From Candidatus Saccharimonadota bacterium (GTDB lineage Bacteria; Patescibacteriota; Saccharimonadia; Saccharimonadales; Saccharimonadaceae), in assembly GCA_017421325.1 (NCBI GenBank), contig JAFOJO010000024.1, forward strand, positions 27,005 to 91,004: a stretch of DNA of 64,000 bases. Direction: 5' to 3'. Made by a program: the position numbers and the translations under genes. The notes beneath the pieces were generated by a model, which saw only the letters and a list, made by a program, of their open reading frames with translations, ran no database searches and was not told the origin of the DNA. Of the stretch, positions 48,882 to 58,165 are shown one piece after another (position 1 is the first letter of the stretch; each line of letters opens with the position of its first letter).

Positions 48882-49906
48882 TAGATAGCGCCTCCGGTAG
48901 CTGCAATAAAGATGCCCAAAATAGCGCAGACGCCGGCCACAATCCAAAACCGCATTACGATTTTGGCTTCGCCCCAACCTTTGGCTTCTAAGTGATGATG
49001 CAGTGGTGCAGAAATGAAGACTTTTTTGTGAAAGAACTTTTTAGAAATTAATTGGATGAGACTGGAGCTGGTTTCTACCACGAAAGGCAGACCAATTATA
49101 GGTAGAAGCAAGAACGAATTAGTCATCATAGAGACCACGCCAAGGCCAGCACCAAGGGCAAATGAACCAGTATCGCCCATCATAAAACGAGCGGGCGGCA
49201 CATTAAACCAGATATAGGATAACAGCCAGCCGACTACAGTGAGACAGAAGCCGAAGAGCATAAGATTGCCCTGGAATAAAGCAATTACGCCGTATGCACC
49301 GTAAGCCATCATAGCTAAGCCACCAGAAAGGCCATCTAGCCCATCCGTAATATTGACAGCATTAGAGGTAGCAACTACGGCAAAAGCAAAAATCAGCATC
49401 ACCCAAACGCCGCCAATAGTAAAATCTCCTACGAATGGCACTAAAATATCCGTCCAACCAAGTTTAAAGGCGAAGAACCAGCCTAGGATTAGACCTACAG
49501 CCGAGATTAAGAAAAATTTGACTGGTCCACGTAGGCCCGCTGCACCGCGGCCCGAACCAAAAATATTGATAGCGTCGTCTATGGCACCTACAAAGGCGCC
49601 GCCAAGGAAGCCTACGAGTGGCAACCAAGTTTGGCCACGATCCAGATTAAAAATCCAAGTAGTAGCGGTAACCGCAATCACGCCCACCAGCCCGGCCATG
49701 GTGGGGAAAACGCGCTTAAATTTATGGGCGTGAAGCTTAGTCATAATGGGCAAGTCTTTACCGTCTACCGTAGTTTGCTTTTGTTTCTTCCAAAATTTAT
49801 ATTTATAGGCAAAATGAGTGTAAATGGGAGTAAAAAACATGGAAAAGAGGAACCCAGCTAAGGCCAAGAGCAATCCATGAAATACTTCGTCGTTGATATT
49901 TTCCAT
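48881..49906 (-). CDS. mraY: Phospho-MurNAc-pentapeptide transferase
   Basis: PTMAG, NAVNITDGLDGL, FMGDTGS, PLHHH. Confidence 0.95.
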   Translation of the reverse strand: MENINDEVFHGLLLALAGFLFSMFFTPIYTHFAYKYKFWKKQKQTTVDGKDLPIMTKLHAHKFKRVFPTMAGLVGVIAVTATTWIFNLDRGQTWLPLVGFLGGAFVGAIDDAINIFGSGRGAAGLRGPVKFFLISAVGLILGWFFAFKLGWTDILVPFVGDFTIGGVWVMLIFAFAVVATSNAVNITDGLDGLSGGLAMMAYGAYGVIALFQGNLMLFGFCLTVVGWLLSYIWFNVPPARFMMGDTGSFALGAGLGVVSMMTNSFLLLPIIGLPFVVETSSSLIQLISKKFFHKKVFISAPLHHHLEAKGWGEAKIVMRFWIVAGVCAILGIFIAATGGAI

Positions 49907-49908
49907 TA

Positions 49909-51693
49909 TTATGCTTTCGGTTGTATCTTTAGATAATTAATTGCGTAATTAGAGAGTTTATCGAATAAATCCATTGCGTCGCCACTGCCGACGCTTTGGC
50001 CCTCTCCCCACATTTTAACCATTATCACGTATTTTGGCAACTCCCCTTCTGGGCCAATGAAGCCAATATAAGAGCCGACTAATTCTGCATAAGTATCGTC
50101 GTAAACACCGTTGCGGACTACCTGCGCAGTGCCAGATTTACCGCCAACAGCGTAACCGTATTTATCGGTGCCGTCGCGCACCTTGTAGTTACGGTTATTA
50201 ACTAACATATCGCGCATAGAAGCACTAGTCTCGGGGGAAAGGATTTGATCTTCTACAACCTCAACCTGAGACTGCGTTTTTAGTTCTCCGTCTTCCAGAG
50301 TGCCTTTCACGATGGTGGGGGTATGATAAATGCCGCCATTAATCACGGCTGAAAAAGCGGTAGCGGTTTGAATCATAGTGATGCCTAAGTTCTGGCCAAA
50401 GGTCATGTTGGCATAAACCGAGTCGCGGCCCCAGCCTTCGTTGGGGTCCGGAATATAGCCTTCGGCTTCGAATAGTTCAATGCCAGTGGCCTGACCAAGA
50501 CGGAATTTGTCGTAATAATAATTATAAAGTTTTTCGCGACCTTGCTGCGTGATGGCAGCAGGATTACCGCCGAGCAATTTAAGCGCATAGATTGAACCGG
50601 TATTAAGCGACCAATAGAGGGCGGTTTTCATAGAAATAGTGCCGTAAATTGAAGCGCGCTGTTCAGCGTTTTGGATTTTCCAGCCGTCAACAATTTCGTA
50701 ACCTTCGTTGAAATAAGTAGTATCGGCAGTCATAGCACCTTCATTGAGTGCAGCAGAGTAGGTAAAACTCTTGCAAATACTGGCTGGCTCGTAAGGAACT
50801 TCGGTAACATAATTAACGTAGGCTGAAGCATCCTTAACGTTGCCATAATCGCCTGGGTTATAGTTTGGTAAATTAGCCATTGCTAGCACCTCGCTAGTGT
50901 TTGGATCCATAACCAATACGGATGCGTTGGTGGCAACAGAAGAATTAACGGCATCTATGGCAATTTCTTCTACCCCCTTTTGCAAGCCGCGATCTACGGA
51001 TAATACTACATTTTTACCATCCTCAGCCGGAATTTTAACGTTGTCTTTGCCAATAGATAGGGCTACTTTATTAACGTCGGCGGTAGCCTTGAGCAGACCA
51101 TCCTTGCCAGAAAGTTCGCCATTAAGTGAACCTTCCACGCCATATTGGCCAAGACCGTCAGAATTAACGAAGCCCAGCAACCCCGATGCCATCTCACCTT
51201 CTGGGTAAACGCGCTGATTGTTCTTCTTAAACCAAACGGCACCAATATTTTCTTCGGCGATTTTGTTCGCCATATCCCGTGGAACATTTTTAGCTACGAT
51301 AGAATAGCGCAACCCCTCGGTGTCATAAACTTCATCTAAATCTACCACAGTATAATCTTTGGCGTAGGTTTCTAGCGCGTGTTTAATTCCCTCTTTATCT
51401 GTAACGGCGGGGTCTATAATGATTTGATAAGTGGTTTGATTTAATACTACTGGCACTGGCTCGCCGTCGTCCATCATGTAGATTTCACCGCGCTTAGCCA
51501 CGATAGTTTCTAGCAAGGTGTGAGCTTCATCTGCTTTGGCTACCCAGGCATCATGCTCAACAATCTGAATAAAAAATAGCCGCACCAAAATAATGGCGAG
51601 GGCTATCAAAACAATATTTTTCAAAATTCTAATCCGGCGAGGCATTGAAACGGCCGGGTTGGTTACCAGGTGCTGGTAATTAGTCCGCGACAT
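49909..51693 (-). CDS. ftsI: Class B penicillin-binding protein (FtsI-like)
   Basis: RVYPEG, YGVEG, YEPASICK, SLN, KSGT; start uncertain (51693 or 51645). Confidence 0.85.
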   Translation of the reverse strand: MSRTNYQHLVTNPAVSMPRRIRILKNIVLIALAIILVRLFFIQIVEHDAWVAKADEAHTLLETIVAKRGEIYMMDDGEPVPVVLNQTTYQIIIDPAVTDKEGIKHALETYAKDYTVVDLDEVYDTEGLRYSIVAKNVPRDMANKIAEENIGAVWFKKNNQRVYPEGEMASGLLGFVNSDGLGQYGVEGSLNGELSGKDGLLKATADVNKVALSIGKDNVKIPAEDGKNVVLSVDRGLQKGVEEIAIDAVNSSVATNASVLVMDPNTSEVLAMANLPNYNPGDYGNVKDASAYVNYVTEVPYEPASICKSFTYSAALNEGAMTADTTYFNEGYEIVDGWKIQNAEQRASIYGTISMKTALYWSLNTGSIYALKLLGGNPAAITQQGREKLYNYYYDKFRLGQATGIELFEAEGYIPDPNEGWGRDSVYANMTFGQNLGITMIQTATAFSAVINGGIYHTPTIVKGTLEDGELKTQSQVEVVEDQILSPETSASMRDMLVNNRNYKVRDGTDKYGYAVGGKSGTAQVVRNGVYDDTYAELVGSYIGFIGPEGELPKYVIMVKMWGEGQSVGSGDAMDLFDKLSNYAINYLKIQPKA

Positions 51694-52021
51694 ACCCCGT
51701 AACCGTGGCGTCTTCCATAGCCGCGGCAACGGTACTGTTTTTCGCCGTAGCAACAGAATTCAGACGCGCTTTTTCTACTGCGAGATCATCTTTTTTGGCG
51801 TTCATTTCGGTGATTTCATCTTCAACTTTGGAAATTTCGTAATCAAAACTAGTGGCCTTGGTACTTTCAGCCACATAAATAAGTCCGAAAATTAGGGTAA
51901 GCATACTAACTATCACAATTTGAGAGATTGAGCCTAGGCTCCTTTTGGTATGGCGAACGGTATTATGATTACGGGCAAAACTGTTTCCTGAATTTCGCCT
52001 AGTAGTATATGTTTGTTGCAT
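51680..52021 (-). CDS. ftsL: FtsL-like protein
   Basis: Single TM plus coiled coil between rsmH and the PBP gene. Confidence 0.6.
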   Translation of the reverse strand: MQQTYTTRRNSGNSFARNHNTVRHTKRSLGSISQIVIVSMLTLIFGLIYVAESTKATSFDYEISKVEDEITEMNAKKDDLAVEKARLNSVATAKNSTVAAAMEDATVTGYVAD

Positions 52022-52251
52022 TTTTCCTCGCTAATGTTTGTTTTTGTTTTGATTTATTTTAATTTGGTTTCTGTCTTAGTCCGGGAACTGATTACCAGGC
52101 AGAGCTATAAGTAACCTAGCAAGAGTTCCCGGGAAGGTCATACACTTCACACTCTCTGTGAAAACTCTATTTGGCGGACCACACTCGGCCCATGTCACTA
52201 ATCACGGAATACCGGGCAGAGTTTTTATTTTGCTCTGCCCGGGAAGGGAGA

Positions 52252-52317
52252 CTAGCGGAAATGTACCTTAACTTTTTGGGCGCGGGATTTGTTCGCGACT
52301 ACGATTTGTTTTGGCAT
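52252..52317 (-). CDS. Putative 21-aa small ORF MPKQIVVANKSRAQKVKVHFR
   Basis: AAGGAGG SD 4 nt upstream of ATG. Confidence 0.4.
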   Translation of the reverse strand: MPKQIVVANKSRAQKVKVHFR

Positions 52318-52350
52318 ATTGCCTCCTTTTGTTTTATGTTTTTATTTTTA

Positions 52351-53223
52351 TCAATTCCGCGTTGCAACTCGTAATTTTGCACTACGCGCACGCGGGTTGA
52401 TAACTAGCTCTTGATTTTCCGCAACGATAGGTTTTTTGGTGATGATTTTTAGTTCGGACTCTTCGCCAAAGCTGGAAACTTCTTTGAAATAATCTTTCAC
52501 TAACCGATCTTCTAGACTATGAAAGGTGATAATGCCGACGCGACCATCTTTATTTAGTAATTTCGGTAGCAGGGGCAAAGTTTTTTCGATTTCGCCGAGT
52601 TCGTCGTTGACGGCGATACGAATAGCCTGAAAGACGCGGGCTGCGGGGTGGGTTTTAGAATACCTAGATTTACCGATAATAATATCAGTAAGCTCTTTAG
52701 TACTCTTGATCGGGCGATGGTGGACAATTTCGCGGGCTAGCAACCTTGCACGGCCAGGCTTTTCTTCGCCAAACCTAGTGAAAATATCTGCTAGTTCCCT
52801 TTCGCTGTAGCGATTTACGATATCATCCGCCGAGAGGACCTGACTTTGATCCATCCGCATATCCAACGGGCCATCGTGCTTAAACGAAAAACCACGCTCA
52901 CCCATATCTATTTGCGGAGAAGAAACTCCAAAATCCGCCAGTATCATATCAAAAGTTCTTCCACACTCAGTAAGCTGTAGCACTGCACTATAAAAATCTT
53001 CGTTAATGATAGCAATATCGGGGGGAAATTTGCGCTCTAAGTAATCGGCGGCAAATTTATCCCGGTCTACCAGGACGGAGTTTTTATAATTCTGTGTTAC
53101 ATCCAAAATTTTGCTAGCGTGGCCGCCATAACCTGCGGTAAGATCTAAATATGTTTCGCCAGGCTGCGGATCTAGGCTAGCTAGAACTTCAGATAATAAT
53201 ACGGGGATATGTAATTTCTCCAT
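52351..53223 (-). CDS. rsmH: 16S rRNA m4C1402 methyltransferase
   Basis: HIPVLL.E, DLTAGYGGH, DFGVSSPQ, LDMRMD, FHSLEDR, NPRARSAKLR. Confidence 0.96.
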   Translation of the reverse strand: MEKLHIPVLLSEVLASLDPQPGETYLDLTAGYGGHASKILDVTQNYKNSVLVDRDKFAADYLERKFPPDIAIINEDFYSAVLQLTECGRTFDMILADFGVSSPQIDMGERGFSFKHDGPLDMRMDQSQVLSADDIVNRYSERELADIFTRFGEEKPGRARLLAREIVHHRPIKSTKELTDIIIGKSRYSKTHPAARVFQAIRIAVNDELGEIEKTLPLLPKLLNKDGRVGIITFHSLEDRLVKDYFKEVSSFGEESELKIITKKPIVAENQELVINPRARSAKLRVATRN

Positions 53224-53886
53224 ATCTTTATTATACAACGTTTGAGATCGTTCAACTAGAAACTGCGGCGGGTTTGTTTTTGTATGATTTTTATTTAGTG
53301 ATTCACAATATATCCACCACAATTTGATTGGTTTACGCGAAGTAAGCCATAGTAGATTGTGGCCGTTGAGAGACTTATTGTGTTTCGATCTCACGATCAT
53401 ATAGAGTTTTATTGGGAGGTGTGTTTAAGGAAAGAGCGCACGATTTTGGTTTCGCATCTCGCTAATATTGATGCGCGCCAGAGCTCCTAGATGATCGATC
53501 TCAAACTTTTTTAATGTACGACTTTTTGTTTAGCGTTTTTGTTTAATTATTCGCTGATTTAAGTTTATGATATTTTTTCACAAAATGCAAGAGCTTTTTT
53601 GGACTTTTTTTATATTTTTTCACACCCTGAGTTTTTCGCATTTGTGGAAAACTTCCCTGTTAATTTCCCGAACAAAGCTAGTTGAAGTTTTTCGTTTTTT
53701 GTGGTGTAATAACCGAACAGTTCTCTGTAGATAATTTGGCGCTTCCCTGTGGGTGCCGGTTTTGCTTGACTTTTTAGCGTAAATGTGATACAATTGAAGT
53801 AGTTGGGTATTTTGTGGTCTAATCGCTTTTAGCGGTTAGTTTTTTGTTTGTATGATATAATTGGGGGAAATAAGTGGAGATAATAC

Positions 53887-54894
53887 ATGGAAAATACCGA
53901 CCCTATAAAGGAAAGTAATGTGGCCGAACCGTTTGATGTCTTTCTCTGGGCGAACGAGATTGATGAAGTAAAAAACAATGTTTCGGCGGAACTGTTTTTG
54001 TTTAACAAAAATTACACACCGTATAAGATAAAATATTCAGACAAGCTGACCGGCGCAGTGAAGTCGATGTTTATGCAAGAGGCAGTGCATTATATTATAG
54101 AGGAGGCAGACAAGGGTCTGGAATGCCGCGAATACGAGCGGGCTGATGGTGAGGAGAAGGTGATTTATCGTACTTCCCTTTCAAAAGTTGGCCGCGCTGA
54201 AACTTTAATCCACCTGATTGAAAATGAGTATAAAGATATAGATTATTTCTCGGAAAACGAGTACGATTTTAAGAAGGTTAAGGGCATTATTGCAAAGTTT
54301 ACTTACCCGGGCGAAGACGGTATGAAAACTTTCTATATTGCGAAGATTTTGCCAGCTTCGGCGGCACTAAAGGGTGCGACGTCCTGGGAAATTAATGGTG
54401 AAAGTTTTGAGCCGTTCTCTGCCGAGATTGCTCTCAAAATGCCAGAAGATAACCAAGTAGCAATAGTGGATGGCACGATTATTGTGTTTAACCAAGCTAA
54501 GTTTGAAAATTTATTCCAATATGATTATAAATCTCAGGTGATTGCTGAGGCGAAGGCAAAGGAACTCACCGAGAAGTATAAGCTATCCTTTGCGGAGGGG
54601 TTGACTTTGGATTCCCTTTTGGCAGATAAGAAACCTATTCTTAAAAAAGTACAGGCGATGGATATTGCCGAAGAAATGCCGCAAGATAAACTGCTAGATT
54701 ATGCAGATGAGATGCAGCTAGAACTAATGACAGATGATGATGGTTCGATCATCATCATGGACGATAAAGACCTCACAATGTTCGTGAATTTATTGAATGA
54801 AGATTATTATGTATCGCCGGTAAATGGTAAGCGGTACGAAATAAAGTCCAAAAAATTGCTGGGCGAGCCAGATGGTGAACCGCCGAGAGGATAG
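53887..54894 (+). CDS. Acidic protein, possibly KwaB/DUF4868-like
   Basis: Recalled resemblance to the DUF4868 family (FNQAKFE.LF.Y; LLNEDY); not verified. Confidence 0.45.
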   Translation: MENTDPIKESNVAEPFDVFLWANEIDEVKNNVSAELFLFNKNYTPYKIKYSDKLTGAVKSMFMQEAVHYIIEEADKGLECREYERADGEEKVIYRTSLSKVGRAETLIHLIENEYKDIDYFSENEYDFKKVKGIIAKFTYPGEDGMKTFYIAKILPASAALKGATSWEINGESFEPFSAEIALKMPEDNQVAIVDGTIIVFNQAKFENLFQYDYKSQVIAEAKAKELTEKYKLSFAEGLTLDSLLADKKPILKKVQAMDIAEEMPQDKLLDYADEMQLELMTDDDGSIIIMDDKDLTMFVNLLNEDYYVSPVNGKRYEIKSKKLLGEPDGEPPRG

Positions 54895-54905
54895 CGCTGA
54901 CGCTT

Positions 54906-55024
54906 TGGACTTTTCTCCGGAGGTAGAAAAGTCCAGCAAAAGAGGCTAGCTAGAAAATCGAAACGGAAGTCAATCCTGTTTCGATTTTTGATTATGTCTA
55001 ATTAATCCTGTTAGGATTAATTAG
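54906..55024. repeat. Three tandem perfect hairpins between convergent genes
   Basis: 11-, 11- and 12-bp perfect stems. Confidence 0.6.
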
Positions 55025-55028
55025 TAGA

Positions 55029-55565
55029 TTATTTTTGTAATTCAAAATACGCAGTTTCTACAAAATTGGATTCGCCGAGGGTTTCGAAGGTTTTTTGTAA
55101 ATCTGATTTTGCGGCGGCGACAGAGTCGTTGGCAGCAAGATTGGATTCTATTTTGGCGTAGTAGCCATTTTTGCCGTCTATTTTATCTAAGTAAATATAG
55201 GTGCCTTCACCCATTTTCAGCTCTTGGCGACGACGGGAGACTTCGCCGGCTGGTTTGAAGCCCAGCTGCAAGATGATATTTACGGTATTTTCGTAATCCT
55301 TGATAGGCGTTTCCTCTACCACATCTACGCCAGAATCTTCGATATGACGGCGCAGAATGAGCGAATATTTGGGCGGTTTGTCTACTGCTTTCATTTCGGT
55401 GCGCATTACTAGGCGCGGTAAATTCATTCCCCGTTTGTAGCCACGCGGCACATAGACACGATCGTGCTGCCAATAGATACTCGAAAAATCTAAATCAATA
55501 TCAGAAAGCTTTTCTTCAAACTTATCACGGCTGGTGAGCTTACATTTTAAGATTACTTTTTTCAT
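55029..55565 (-). CDS. CYTH-domain protein
   Basis: QHDRVY, LVMR, V.RRRQE, IYLDKID..GYYAKIE. Confidence 0.75.
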   Translation of the reverse strand: MKKVILKCKLTSRDKFEEKLSDIDLDFSSIYWQHDRVYVPRGYKRGMNLPRLVMRTEMKAVDKPPKYSLILRRHIEDSGVDVVEETPIKDYENTVNIILQLGFKPAGEVSRRRQELKMGEGTYIYLDKIDGKNGYYAKIESNLAANDSVAAAKSDLQKTFETLGESNFVETAYFELQK

Positions 55566-55901
55566 AGGTTAATTATAACACATTCTGCTTGGGGAATTTT
55601 AGCGCGGGTGAAAAATCGAAAAAATCAAAATTTTATACATTTTACTACCGCTTAGAATAAGCAGAGCGGGATGAATTTTAAGCCTAGACGGTTTGTGATA
55701 AAATTATTGTTCGCGCAGCAAAATATTTTTGTGCGGGTGGGGGTTGAAATTATAAATAGAGTGTGCATATACTATAGGCGGGTTGGCTCCGGAGTTTAGT
55801 GGACGCGAGATTCACAAGCCCTAAAAAGAGTTTGTGGTTGTGTGAGGGTCCATTAAACGGTTATTCTAGGCAGACTAGGATCCTAGAAGGGAGATGATTA
55901 A

Positions 55902-55973
55902 ATGACCATACAGATTAATCTGCTATGTATCATCTTTTCCGGACGGAAACGCCGAAGTAAAAAATCTAGCTAG
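55902..55973 (+). CDS. Putative type I toxin-like peptide A (MTIQINLLCIIFSGRKRRSKKSS)
   Basis: Promoter TTGAAA-18-TATACT (55744-73), structured leader, SD AGGGAG 8 nt upstream, terminator 56004-56033. Confidence 0.55.
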   Translation: MTIQINLLCIIFSGRKRRSKKSS

Positions 55974-56035
55974 CTACAAAGCTAACTAGACAACCCAAAA
56001 CTTAGAGAAGTCGTCCTAGAAGGCTTCTCTTTTAT
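55958..56035 (-). ncRNA. Putative antisense RNA A
   Basis: TAGACA-17-TACAAT with extended TG (-10 element 56042-50); two hairpins ending in a T-run. Confidence 0.55.
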
Positions 56036-56047
56036 GCTTTGATTGTA

Positions 56048-57673
56048 TCACGAAATTATCTCTATGTCTACAATGCGAGCCTCGGCAGATTTTACACCGT
56101 TGAAATCATTCTCCATTAGTTTAATCAGTGGTGCTATCTTATCTTCTGGAGTGAGCGCTAGCCATTCTTCGGGAGCATAAAAGGCGACGAGTTTAAGATT
56201 GTTGCCTTTTTTATCTCTAATATCTAAGCGGAGATGATTTTGATCTGTACCCATATGAGAGACATTAGCGATATCTACTTCTGGCAAGCGGAAAATTGGC
56301 TCTTCGTTCCCTGCGCCAAAAGGTTCTAAAGATTTTAGCTCGTCCAGGAATCCTAGAGATAAATCGGCCAGGCTAGAGACATCTAAATCAGCATGATTTT
56401 TAAGGCAATCTTCCTGGCCGGTGAGATGTAGACTTTTATAATACTCGTTGATTTTCTCACGGAAACTATAGAGTTGTTTGCCATCCACCCGCACACCAGC
56501 GGCGCCAGCATGGCCACCGCCGCCGATAATGGAATCTTTAGCAAAATCTAGTGCGGCGGCTAGGCTAAAATCACCGAAGCTACGTCCGGAACCTTTAAAA
56601 ATACCGTTCCCTACCTCTGATAATACAAAGGCTGGGCGGTGATAATCTTCTACTAGGCGGCCAGCGATGATGCCCAAAATTCCCTCGTGCCAGACACCAG
56701 TTTCTATAATTACTGGGTCATCTGAAATGCCCCGAGTGGAAATCTCTTTGATGGCGGCTTGCTGTTCTGCTTTGCGTTTTTTATTGAGCTCTTCTAGCCG
56801 TTCGGCCAGGGTGGCAGCATCAGTAGGAGAGGTGGCGCGGAGCAAATCTAGCGAAAGGTGAGCGGATTTTAGCCGGCCGGCGGCGTTTAACCGTGGGCCA
56901 ATCTGAAAGCCGATGCTTTCGGCGGTAAGAGTTTTTACCCTAGCTCTATTCATTAGTTCCTTCAGCCCGGCGCGGCGAGTTTTGGCTAGCACTTTTACTC
57001 CGTAATAGCCGAGAATACGGTTTTCACCGGTGAGGAGCATATTGTCACAGATAGTGCCGATGAGCACCAAGTCTAGCAGCCATTTTTCTTGGCCGCTAGG
57101 GATTATCCCTTTCCTTACTAAGCCTTGGGCGAGTTTAAAGGCTACCCCTACACCGGCGAGGTTTTTAAGATTTGGTTTTTCTTCTACAAAATCTGGACGT
57201 TTGGGATTAACCACCGCGAGAGCATTTGGCAAATCTGTGCTACATTCGTGGTGGTCTGTAACGATGGTGTCAATTTTTAAGGTATTTAGTTCATCTATAA
57301 TGGCGTGATTTTTCGAGCCACAGTCTACCGTAATCACCAAGGTAACTCCCTGTTTTTTGGCGCGAGTAATTAGGCGCGGACTCATACCGTAACCATCCGC
57401 AAAACGGTCTGGCAACATAATATCTATATTTTCAGGATTGGCGCCGGCCAGGGTAAGCGCATCCGCCATTACGGTACTAGCGGTGACGCCGTCCACATCG
57501 TAGTCGCCATAGATTAGAATCTTCTCGTTCTCTGCTATAGCTTGATTAATTCTGTCTGCCGCCTTATCTAAATCCGGCAAAACGAATGGGTCAGTAAGAT
57601 TTTCGTATCTAGGGGCTAAAAAACTGCGATCTAGCCCACGCGCTTCTAATAAGCGTTCAAATAATTTACTCAT
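56048..57673 (-). CDS. recJ: ssDNA exonuclease RecJ
   Basis: IYGDYDVDG, TVDCG, TDHH, PRLNAAGRL, GGGHAGAAG. Confidence 0.96.
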   Translation of the reverse strand: MSKLFERLLEARGLDRSFLAPRYENLTDPFVLPDLDKAADRINQAIAENEKILIYGDYDVDGVTASTVMADALTLAGANPENIDIMLPDRFADGYGMSPRLITRAKKQGVTLVITVDCGSKNHAIIDELNTLKIDTIVTDHHECSTDLPNALAVVNPKRPDFVEEKPNLKNLAGVGVAFKLAQGLVRKGIIPSGQEKWLLDLVLIGTICDNMLLTGENRILGYYGVKVLAKTRRAGLKELMNRARVKTLTAESIGFQIGPRLNAAGRLKSAHLSLDLLRATSPTDAATLAERLEELNKKRKAEQQAAIKEISTRGISDDPVIIETGVWHEGILGIIAGRLVEDYHRPAFVLSEVGNGIFKGSGRSFGDFSLAAALDFAKDSIIGGGGHAGAAGVRVDGKQLYSFREKINEYYKSLHLTGQEDCLKNHADLDVSSLADLSLGFLDELKSLEPFGAGNEEPIFRLPEVDIANVSHMGTDQNHLRLDIRDKKGNNLKLVAFYAPEEWLALTPEDKIAPLIKLMENDFNGVKSAEARIVDIEIIS

Positions 57674-57674
57674 T

Positions 57675-57965
57675 TTAGCCTATGGTTTTACTAGGTTTGC
57701 TGCCCTTTTGGCTTTTGATGACGATGCTTTGGAGCTCTTTTAAGATTGGGAATTGCTTGTTGGTCTGGTAAATTTTAGTTTTGCCCTTCTTAGTAACAAT
57801 AAGAAACTTGCCCTCGGCCATGCGGTTTAATTCCCTTTGGATGTTGCCAGGGTCTTCTTTAATTAATTTAGCTAAGCCGCGCACATGGGTTTTAAAGTCT
57901 GGATATTTGGCAAAAACCACGATAATTTTGCGGCGCACTCGAGAAGTGACAAATATATCTAGCAT
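57675..57965 (-). CDS. Winged-helix DNA-binding protein
   Basis: HVRGLAKLIKEDPGNIQREL HTH. Confidence 0.75.
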   Translation of the reverse strand: MLDIFVTSRVRRKIIVVFAKYPDFKTHVRGLAKLIKEDPGNIQRELNRMAEGKFLIVTKKGKTKIYQTNKQFPILKELQSIVIKSQKGSKPSKTIG

Positions 57966-58026
57966 ATTACCTCGCTTAATCTTCCACTATTATAGCACAA
58001 GGTGTGTAAAAAATACAACAGCCGTT

Positions 58027-58144
58027 CACGACTAAATAACACCTTTCGGGGTCGTGTCCGTCCGGCCCGTCGCCACGGGCGGCCGGCACTAATTCTCGCG
58101 CTGCCGCGCTCCGAAATGCCCCGAAAGGTATTATTCTAGTCGTG
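58027..58144. repeat. REP-like nested palindrome
   Basis: CACGACTA/TAGTCGTG, ACCTTTCGGGG/CCCCGAAAGGT, inner GCCCGT/ACGGGC. Confidence 0.7.
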
Positions 58145-58165
58145 TCTGATGCTATAATTATATAT

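Noticed and set aside
53224-53400. N-terminal extensions of rsmH, ftsW, ftsI and the GT2 in the ORF track
   Set aside because: Extensions overlap promoters, neighbouring genes or the MITE; conserved starts lie downstream
53560-53660. Replication origin (three TTWTNCACA-like DnaA boxes in AT-rich DNA)
   Set aside because: Matches are low-complexity, with no dnaA/dnaN nearby and no DUE pattern; cannot be supported without skew analysis
55586-55700. Short match ATTTTAAGCCTAG(A/G)CGG near both TA-like modules (about 55676 and 60528)
   Set aside because: Only ~17 nt with poorly alignable flanks; orientation relative to the modules is inconsistent
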